Shown piece by piece: positions 53,981 to 64,000 of a stretch of 64,000 nt of DNA; positions within the stretch are counted from its first letter, which is position 1, and each line of letters begins with the position of its first letter. The DNA is from Bugula neritina (lineage: Eukaryota > Animalia > Bryozoa). A program made the position numbers and the translations under genes. The stretch is from positions 14,870,642 through 14,934,641 of the forward strand of contig OZ037770.1 of assembly GCA_964035545.1 (NCBI GenBank). The letters are read 5' to 3'. The notes beneath the pieces are model-generated. The model was not told where the DNA came from. It worked only from the letters and a program-made list of their open reading frames with translations, and ran no database searches.

Positions 53981-56900
53981 CTACCAGACTCCACACTTCT
54001 TCACGGGGTTCATCGAAGATCCGCTCTTGCATTTATAAACTTTAGAAAACTCTTCAAAATTGGCTAGGGGTCCTCGCACCCTGAAAATATTTCATTTACA
54101 TTACTTGCAACGGCTACATTCTTGATATGATTATTCAGACCCTTATTTCTCTACTCGCCTAAAATATATTCTATATTAAAAAAAATTAACTGATTTACTC
54201 AAAGCCCATGAGTTATAATTGATAATTGACAAATGACGTAATAATTTACGATAAAATAGATAGTATATAATAGTGTGGCAAGATATATATAGAATAGAAA
54301 TACTTATAAGCAGTGAGTGAAGTGAAACTCAAACACAAATCAATTATTGAAGTGTACTAAAGCTACTTAGACTAAGCTCCGTTTTTTACCTGTACATAGA
54401 GGGGCTGTGGACACCCTCCTCAACAGCCACTTTCAAAGCCTGAGGTCTATAATTCACACACCATTGCTAAAATAAAGTAAACATGTTTTTAATCAATGTT
54501 GGCTGCTGCAAAAGCTAAAATCAGGTACTAATTATTAAGGCTGTTGGTGAACTAAGCTATTTACATTCGTTTTTTGTAAGAGTTTATAATCCTTGATGAT
54601 TAAATTATTTAATTTCATTTGGAGTTGTGTCCTCTTATAAATCATATAAAGTTTACATGTTTATATAAAGCTGAGGAGACAAAGAGCAAAATTAGTGTAT
54701 TTATTGCAAGTTATTTATATGTGATTACTGATTGTATAAAAAGTTAATTCACAGAGAAATATGTTGGACAAACTTGCAATAAATAGTGGAATATGAAAAT
54801 AAGTAATTCAGTTTAGTTGAAAGCCATACATGCCCATTGGTAGAAATATAGAGTAGAGAATATGATGAGTGTAGCCTTAGGAACTGACCTGTGCAAAGGC
54901 TAAAAAGAACAAGTGGTTTGGGGTGTACTCTTCTAGACCCGGTAGCACTTCACCTTGGCCGTGTTCTTTCTGGTAATCTAGGAAAGCCTGCAGGAAAGTG
55001 TATAATCATATCAGAATTGAAACAATAGCTGAGGAGATAGACTTAGTTCTGTGAAATTATGTGTAAGTTGGGTGGGGTTAAATTTACTGCGCCTATCTCT
55101 GCAGCTTTCTTGGCGGTTTTGGTTGTTTTTTGTGTAGCATAGATTTCACTTTCTGTATATTTAGATTTTATTTACTGCATTACCTGGTAGGATTGTTTAA
55201 TTCCTCCATTATCTGCGATGTTCTCACTCTGAGTGTTGATTCCATTCATCTGAAGAAAATACGACACTTACTGTACATACTGTACATACAGTATATACTG
55301 TACATACTATACATAAAGTATAATATACATATATTACATACTATACATATAGTATATATACTATACGGTGCACAATATACTATACAGTACATACTATACT
55401 ATACAGTATATACTATACTATACAGCACATACTATAAACACATGCATACAGTCTACATTGCATAGCGTTACAGAATATAAAATATACTGACTGAACGATT
55501 AAGCTGTGGAAGCCAATAGTCATCATACTGCTCTATAATACACTGTTTGGCTTCATTAAAAGCATCAACCACTTCATCGTCCCACCACTTTACCAGGTTG
55601 CCATCTTTGTCAAATAATCTTCCTATTCAACAAAGAAGAAATGTAACTCTGTGTGTTTCATATAATGAAGTCAGTTTAGTGTAACAAGAAATTAATAAGT
55701 TTGTGTTGTCAACCTCAACATATCTAGATGGTTTGAAACAGCTAGTAGTGACCCACATGTGCCTAACTCGGTATTCAAGTACATCTCATCAAAACTATTT
55801 GCAATTCTAGCTACACATGCATTTTCTAAAATATTTGTTCCCTTCATATCTCACAGTTCCATTTCTTATGAAGTTTCATAGGTCACGAGAAAGGTTGGAG
55901 TTAAATCTGGTATTCTGGCCTGTCACAAATTAAGGTTTTGAACCCACATCTTAGTAAGACTATATGGAAGTAGCACTGTATTTATGTATATCATATTTGC
56001 ATACCCTGCTTAGTTAAAGATCATCACAATGATTATAATGTGTTACCTCACCTCTATCATCAAATCCATGTGAAATCTCATGTCCGATAACCATACCTAT
56101 GCCACCATAGTTAAGTGATCTAAAAGAAGAAAGCTAGTAAAGAGGCAAAAATGTATCTATATTCAGTATAAGAAGGATCTAAATTGTTTGTATGAGTTAA
56201 GTTAAATGTTCATCATCTTGATAACTTGTCCAAAAATTAACAGTTGCTTCGCTCACTAAACACTGTATAGCCATGATAGTGGTTGTAGTAAATGTTCCTT
56301 CAATGAATAATGTATGTTTTTCTTAAGTCAAATCGGTAATAGATACGCTTGTTTGAATGTTAAAACAGAAATTTTTCAACTTACATTGGACGATCTTTGC
56401 CCCAGAATGGAGGTTGCAGAATCCCAGCTGGAAACACTAAAATGTAAAAAGCAATAAAAGTAAAATTTAAAAAAATTGTTTGATTTGTTTAATTCAAAGA
56501 TTGCTGGTGTTGAGAAACAATCATGCGATCCTATCGCTAATCACATTCATGACAATCACGTGACAATATGCTAACTAATTGCTTTACTAGAATCGCTGTA
56601 TACTTGTTTACCCCTTCTTTTCCGTTCTGTTATACAAAAACCATCGTTATGTTTTTGATTCAAATAAATATTTTATTACCAAATAATTAAATCAGTCAGT
56701 CAGTTTGCTCGATAAGTTAAATTAGCAATCAATATCGTATTTCACAATTAATACTTTACACGATGGCAACACATTCAACAGGTTATGGGCCCAGATGCTT
56801 TGTAGCCATCAACTTCTACCCTGCGACTTGCTCCACAAGGTAGCTACTAATACTAATCACTCACACTGTACAGTGTCACTCACACTGTACACAATACTAC

Positions 56901-59900
56901 TACTACTCACTGTACAGTGTCACTCACACTGTACACAGTACTATTACTACTCAGTACTCACCTACTCTACAGTGTCACTCACACTGTACACAGTATTACT
57001 ATTACTCACTGTACAATATCACTCACACTGTACACAGTATTACTATTACTCACTGTACAGTATCACTCAGTCACTGTACACAGTACTACTCACTGGGCAG
57101 CACTACTCACTTTACATAGTATTACTCACTGCACAGTATCACTCACTATGTAGTACTACTCACTATACAACACTACTCAGTACTCACTATATTGTACTAC
57201 TCACTATATAGTACTACACACCGACACACACACCGGTACACACACAGACCGGCACACACAGACCGGCACACACAGACCGGAACACACACCGGCACACAGA
57301 CCGGAACACACACCGGCACAAAGACCGGAACACATACCGGAACACAGACCGGAACACACACCGGCACACAGACCGAAACACACACCGGCACACAGACCGG
57401 AACACACACCGGCACACAGACCGGAACACACCCCGGCACAAAGACCGGAACACACACCGGCACACAGACCGGAACACACACCGGCACACAGACCGAAACA
57501 CACACCGGCACACAGACCGGAACACACACCGGCACACAGACCGGAACACACCCCGGCACAAAGACCGGAACACACACCGGCACACAAACCGACACACACA
57601 CCGGCACAACGACCGGAACACACACTGGCACAAAGACCGGAACACATACCGGAACACAGACCGGCACACAGACCGGAACACACACCGGCACAAAGACCGG
57701 AACACACACCGGCACAAAGACCGGAACACACACCGGCACACAGACCGGAACACACACCGGCACACAGACCGAAACACACACCGGCACACAGACCGGAACA
57801 CACACCGGCACACAGACCGGAACACACCCCGGCACAAAGACCGGAACACACACCGGCACACAAACCGACACACACACCGGAACACAAACCGACACACACA
57901 CCGAAACACAAACTAGCACACGCACCGGAACACACACCGGCGCACACGCCAGAACACACACTGACACGCACACAGAATGGAACACACACCGGAACACAAA
58001 CCGGCATACACACCAAAACACAAACCGGCACACACACCGGCGCACACGCCAGAACACACACTGACACACACACACTGAAACACATACCGGCACACACACC
58101 GGCACACAGACCGGAACACACACCGGCACACAGACCGGAACACACACCGGCACACAGACCGGAACACACACCGGCACAAAGACCGGAACACACACCGGCA
58201 CAAAGACCGGAACACACACCGGCACACAGACCGGAACACACACCGGCACACAGACCGGAACACACACCGGCACAAAGACCGGAACACACACCGGCACAAA
58301 GACCGGAACACACACCGGAACACAAACCGACACACACCTCGAAACACAAACTGGCACACGCACCGGAACACACACCGGCGCACACGCCAGAACACACACT
58401 GACACGCACACACTGAAACACACACACTGAAACACACACCGGCACACGCACCGTAACAGACACCGGCACACAAAACAGCAGAAATGGTACCCAGAATACC
58501 ATGCCACAAGAACCTGCACACAAATGCGGAAATGACGCAATGAACGTCATGCCACAAGGACCCGCACAAAACAACAGAAATGGTACTCAGAATACCATAC
58601 CACAAGAACCTGCACAAACATGCGGAAATGACGCAATGAACGTCATACCACAAGGACCCGCACAAAACAGCAGAAATGGTACTCAGAATACCATGCCACA
58701 AGAACCTGCACAAATATGCGGAAATGACGCAATGACTGTCATGCCACAAAGACCTGCACCAGATCTGGCAAAGGCCACTGATCAATCTGGACCACGTAAA
58801 TCATAACGGAAACGAAAGTGTTCTACCTACCTACAGGACTATGACATAGAAGACACTAACTATGCTTGCTCACTGATGGCAAACATATCACAGTCCACCA
58901 AGAAACTGTAAATTCAAGAGATAGAGAAGCCTAGAAAAGAGCTAAGGACAAGAAAATAAACACCCTACATAATTCAAACAAGGAAAAACCCCTGGTGAAA
59001 AACCACATAAAACTAGATATGTAGCAAAAGGATACTGACAAATACAATGAGTTGACTATGATGAAACGTACAGTCCAACCACCAGATTCACATCGATCAG
59101 ATTGCTGTTACAGAAAGCAGCAAAATAAAAACAAGAAGATACATCAACTAGATGTTAAAGAGGCGTACCTAAACACGCCAATCAATAAGGAAACCTACCT
59201 ACAACAGCCTGAAGAGTACGAAGAAACCAGCAACCAAGGGAAGCTTTCTTGGCGTACCAACAGATCCATATATAGGGCCTCAAACAAAGCAGACGCTATT
59301 GGCACCAAACATTTACCACTTTCCTCAAGGAACAAGGCTTCACACCTGGTGCCGGAGACCCCTGTCTATACTCAAAACAGGACTCTTCAGACCTTGTGCA
59401 AAACATTCAAGATGAAACAGCATAACCCTAACACAGTTTTCACCGACAACCTTGGAGCCATTGCCCTCACTAAGGGACAACCATACTTACATCAGAGGAG
59501 CAAACACATTGACATTAGATTCCACATTGTCAGAGAGCAAACCACCATAGTATACCAACACATTAGAGGAGCAGAGAACCCTGCCGATGTCATGACTAAA
59601 AGCTTGCCTAAAACCAATCACAGAATTGCCCTGAAGCTACTAGCTATCGAATCACATGCTTGAGGGGGCGTGTTGAGAAACAATCATGCGATCCTATCGC
59701 TAATCACATTCATGACAATCACGTGACAATATGCTAACTAATTGCTTTACTAGAATCGCTGTATACTTGTTTACCCCTTCTCTTCCGTTCTGTTATACAA
59801 AAACCATCGTTATGTTTTTGATTCAAATAAATATTTTATTACCAAATAAACAAATCAGTCAGTCAGTTTGCTCGATAAGTTAAATTAGCAATCAATATCG

Positions 59901-62900
59901 TATTTCACAATTAATACTTTACACGATGGCAACACATTCAACAGCTGGCAATGTCTAGGAAGAATGTATTTTGAGTTTCTCCACCCAATTACACATTATT
60001 CTAGCAAACATTAGTAGCATTTGCTTAAATTGGTAAATGTGTATTGTATTCCATAATTTAAATTCTAAACTCACCTATTTGGTTAAAAGTGCCAGAATAG
60101 TAGGCGTTTACAGTGGGAGGGGAGGCACCAAACCTATAAAATTCAAAGTCTAACTTTTTTAGTAGGTGCAATATATTTTGGTTTGCTAAAGAAAAGTGCT
60201 TTTGCGTTAAAGCAAAATGATTAAAAAGAATAATTAAATAAAAAATAGAACTCAAATAACTAAAAAAACAAAGCTGGCATTTTTAGATAAATTATAAAAT
60301 AATTAAATAAAGTTGGTTTCAAATAAAATGCAAAAAGCGCAGGATGCTGGTGGAGCAGCTTGCATGCGCATAGCCTTTGTACCAAGTAACTTTATTTTAT
60401 GTTATTTTTTACTTAAAATAAGTTTTAGGAGCATTAAAAACTAAGATCTGAGAAAAGAAACTGGTTAAAAATGTTGAAAATATGTTATGGTTTGTTGCTT
60501 GGGTGGAAATGTTAACTTACTCTCTCTTAACGGGCACTAGGATTTCCTTCAACTCATCATTGCACAAGTACCTAAGGCTAGCCAGAGTGTTAGCAAAGTA
60601 CTTGTCAGAGGCTATGTTACCCAGCAACTAGAGGAAAACAGTTAGTGTACTATTAGAAGTGTTGTTTAGTACTGGTCTAAGCAAATTATAACTCTATATG
60701 CTACATCACACAAAACATATTGTGTAGTCATGCGGGTAGTAAAGGGTATAAAAGAAAACTAAAAGGGTATAGTTTTACAAACCTTTCTTTGGATTCTTCA
60801 TAATGTATTTGGTTTAAATTATTATTTGCTACCCAAACTAACGAATTGATGTGGTTGTCAAAATATTTATCATTTTCAAGGACCAGCTGCAAACAAAGAG
60901 GTGTACAAAACCTGAATTTTTACACCTAATAATTACAATTATAGCCTACAGTATTCAACCAAGACATAAAAGGTCTAAAAATTAAACTAAATTAACTATT
61001 GAAGTGAAATTTTTACTCTGAAATAAATTATCAATTATTGATACAAAATTATCAATTATCAATTATTATTGATAGTTAATTTTAGTATTATAAAGATCTC
61101 ATAATATTTTCAAGAAAACAGCAGCTTTTGAAATATGACACTAGCAATGAACAACTAAAATAAACCATTTAAAAATAATTCTAGTTTTAGAGGGTTATTG
61201 GAAGCTGTTTCTATTTTTAGCGGCAAAATTCAAATTTACTGATAAGCAACACACGTGAGTAATGAAACTAGAAATACCTGAGCATACACTATTGTTAAAT
61301 AATAAATTCTTTAAAAAGCAAGCTTCTACAAGTTTGAAAGAAAAACCAGTTTTTTTCAAAAGAGCACAATTTGTGAGGAAATAATTCATTTTATTTTTCA
61401 AAATTGTACAGAAAACTTTTAAAATACAAGTACAACAACTAAGTAGTTTTGAATTTTATAGATTTAGGTGTAAATTTTTCAAGTCAATGCTACAAAAAAG
61501 ACTACTTTATGAATTTTTTTATTAGATTTTAAAACCTTTAGTGTTACTTATAACTTCATTTTCTATAAACTTGAGCTGATTAGGAAAGACAAAAATATAT
61601 ACCCACCCCTTTATACTCTTCATTTAGCCTTGTATTATTCATAATCCACTCAGGGTAACCAATCTTTTCTACAATAGCTTCCTCCTACAACAGATATTAC
61701 TAGATAATATTATAATGTGCTTATAAATGATAATATAAATTCAAATTTTTATGATGATTCTTGAATTCACGTGAAAATAAAAAACAAACAAACTTTAAAC
61801 CCCAAAACTTTTAAACAAAGTTGTACATATTTACTTAGCCCAAGCCAATTGCGCTTGCTATATATTATTTCGTGTGTAATTTGTGTGCCCAAGTACCTTT
61901 TCTTTAGCCACTTGTCTCGTCTTGTCATTCAACCAAGGGACAGTGTTGAGAAGCCCAGTGAAAGCTTTCCGTATTCCAGAGATCATGTCCAATGCCTGTC
62001 AAATATACGCAAATTCTTCTAACTCCAGCAGGCATAAGGTAAAACATATGAATTTTATGCTAGAAATGACTGCAAAATAGCAAGCCTGACAATAACAGAT
62101 GCTGTATTAGCAAATAGACAATGTAACACGAGAGTTTAGAAAAGTTACCATAGTTTTAGCTTCTTCAGGAAAGTGTCTGGCCACAAACAGTCTGCCCACC
62201 GCCATTCCCATAAAGCTACTTGTGTAATCAACACATTTCTTCCACCTGGCTGGCTTACTCTGTACGCCATAGACAATCTGCAAGCAGAACAACATTTGTA
62301 AGTGGACACAACCTCTTCAACAGTAAGTAAGTGGAGATAACTCCTTGAACAGGATGGTAGATACAACTCAGTAGACAGAAACCTATTCATAATTACATCT
62401 TACAGAGTAACGCATGAATTTGACCTGGAACATAATTGTATCTAAAGTTAGTATCTTGTATTGCTTAACTGAAACTTTTGTTACATTATTTTGGAGTTGC
62501 CCACTCTCTGGTTATAATTATAATTTATTGCTCCTTTTGTATAAATCAATCTACGCTCTTTATTTCTAGAAATTTTTAAAACAACTCATAAACTTTTTGT
62601 CCTGAAGTAAATTAATAAATTGCAACAAGCTGTGTTTAAGGAGCTTGTACCTTGTCAAATTTAGCCTCAATTTCTTGTATTGATTTTGGTAAGTTGGAGA
62701 CTCTGTTCATGGTAAACCTCCATATAATGTAGTTGGCCAGCACCCTCTTTGGAGTGTTTAAAACTTTCTCAGTCATCTTGATTAAATACTGAGTGGAGTG
62801 CACCACCAACTCCGTGTCGTTAGTGACTGTGTAGTTAACAACTTTAAAGAATCCATTCAGGTATCTTAGCCACTCAAACTACAGTGAAATACAGAATATC

Positions 62901-63703
62901 ATCAGTACTATGCAACACTATCAGTTTATATCCTTCAAATTATAAATTATACTCTCTAAAATCAAATGCATGATGTAAACTCTGCAATACTATGCAATAT
63001 ATTTTGCGTAACCACGGCAACAATCTGTCTACATCAACATCATAATTTAGATTGTTAGTTCTACAAATTTAAAAGAATATATATTTAGAAATATTACAGA
63101 TCAAGAAATGGAAGCCTAGAATTTATAAAATATGGGATTTAATATAAATAAAGTTATTTAGGGTTACATGGTTCAGTGTAGAGATTCAATTCATATAGTA
63201 AAGACAACTCCTATTTTACGCTAGATCTCTTATCATAACGCATTATTTTCAAGTTTGATATATTAGTATAGAGCTCAGCTATGACTCACCTCACTACTGA
63301 TGTTAGTGTAGAGCTCTGAGACTGTATACTTCATATAGTTTGCTTCTGGGTCTCTTGTCTCAGCCTTAGATTGTGACACCTACACGGAAAAAACAGCAAT
63401 TTCACTATACAATTATATAATAGCAATCCGTGCTTTAATAAAGTCTAAACAGGTCATTGTTCAAAATCAACAACAGAATATTAGAAGTCAAAGTTTGTAA
63501 CCAACTGTGCATGTTAGACTTACATTGGCCAAGTAGGTTTCAAATTCAATCAGGTCTTCTGCATCTTGTTTAGCATCAACTTGTGAACTGTTGAAGAAAG
63601 TAGCCACATCTACTATGTACTGTCTGTAGGCATCCAACTCAGCGGTGTATTGCTCATTCAGATAGTATTCCCGGCTAGGCAGTCCAAAATCCTGCTGTCT
63701 AAG
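53981..63703 (-). CDS. M13 zinc metallopeptidase (neprilysin/ECE-like), 3' portion; 5' exons lie beyond the window
   Basis: Minus-strand exons 63524-63703, 63290-63379, 62651-62878, 62149-62277, 61897-61995, 61607-61684, 60521-60627, 60075-60133, 56385-56436, 56052-56119, 55492-55622, 55184-55249, 54889-54987, 54390-54466, 53981-54080 in phase. Motifs [68 protein letters not shown]. Confidence 0.95.
56508..56780 (+). repeat. 5' LTR of Copia element
   Basis: TGTTGA...TCAACA termini; direct repeat of 59671-59943. Confidence 0.95.
56845..58470. repeat. Tandem repeats inside the Copia element (CACT/TAC-rich array, then 12/24-bp ACCGGCACACAG-ACCGGAACACAC array)
   Basis: Directly visible; produces the TGTH/TGTQ and VCVP low-complexity ORFs. 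Confidence 0.9.
58469..58760 (+). repeat. 96-bp tandem repeat (about 3 copies, internal 48-bp subunit) inside the Copia element
   Basis: cacaaaac..gaaatggtac at about 58469, 58565 and 58661; reads as a 32-aa repeat [32 protein letters not shown]. Confidence 0.9.
58790..59663 (+). pseudogene. Degenerate copia pol fragment (IN-RT linker, partial RT, RNase H)
   Basis: [54 protein letters not shown]...[12 protein letters not shown]...[11 protein letters not shown]; stops, frameshifts and deletions; no YVDD catalytic motif seen. Confidence 0.85.
59671..59943 (+). repeat. 3' LTR of Copia element
   Basis: Near-identical to 5' LTR; preceded by polypurine tract, followed by TSD. Confidence 0.95.
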
Positions 63704-63746
63704 CTGCAACCAATAGGAACAAATATCACTGCTCAAAGATTATCAA

Positions 63747-63775
63747 GTGATTGATTGATTGATTGATTAATTGAG

Positions 63776-63809
<34 letters not shown>

Positions 63810-63853
63810 CCTATCACAGACATGACAACAAGTTGCAAAATTCAGTGTAAATA
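63747..63853 (-). mobile_element. Probable retroposon (LINE/SINE) 3' end with (GATT)n tail; second copy at 48555-48614
   Basis: tatcacagacatgacaacaagttgcaaaattcagtgtaaata matches 48574-48614 with few mismatches; both copies abut GATT/ATTT repeats. Confidence 0.5.
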
Positions 63854-64000
63854 CTAGCTATAATATAAGTAGGCATGAACTAAAATGAAAGAAAAAAAGT
63901 CAAAAGTCAAAAACTCTGTTGGATTATTTATAATAGAAGCTCAAGATGTCGCAAGAAGCTATCTCTGCCCCATGCTCCTTTATATTTGATATCTTCCAGA

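Larger units (their letters stand above)
56508..59943 (+). mobile_element. Ty1/Copia-type LTR retrotransposon, non-autonomous, in an M13 peptidase intron (antisense to host)
   Basis: Two 273-bp TG...CA LTRs (56508-56780, 59671-59943) with 3 differences by eye; 5-bp TSD GCTGG (56503-56507, 59944-59948); PBS GGTTATGGGCCCAG at 56781; PPT GAGGGGGCG at 59662-59670; copia RT/RNase H remnants. Confidence 0.95.

Noticed and set aside
57197-58785. Long Cys/Val-rich minus-strand ORFs (231-456 aa)
   Set aside because: Translations of the 12/24-bp tandem array inside the LTR element; open in several frames because of composition.

Overview
AT-rich, intron-rich eukaryotic DNA from an invertebrate animal (species not determinable from sequence alone). 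It holds three protein-coding genes. (1) A 5'-truncated fibrocystin-L/PKHD1L1-like gene on + (about 81 shared exons traced by GT-AG sites and phase, 5-42337; IPT/TIG array, PA14, two G8 + beta-helix regions, SEA-like regions). It ends in what looks like a membrane-anchor switch: a 45-nt Thr-rich exon that can read through into a GPI-like hydrophobic tail, followed by two separate TM + cytoplasmic-tail cassettes, each with its own stop and AATAAA. (2) A complete 10-exon Fringe-like GT31 glycosyltransferase on + (46865-52898). (3) The 3' part of a neprilysin/ECE-type M13 metallopeptidase on - (53981 to beyond 63703). Mobile DNA: a young but non-autonomous Copia LTR element whose interior is largely tandem repeats (56508-59943), a solo LTR (51156-51569), a decayed hAT-type MITE and two copies of a probable retroposon tail. 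Many intronic minisatellites begin at, and copy, exon-intron junctions. Exon models were read by eye and need RNA-seq confirmation.
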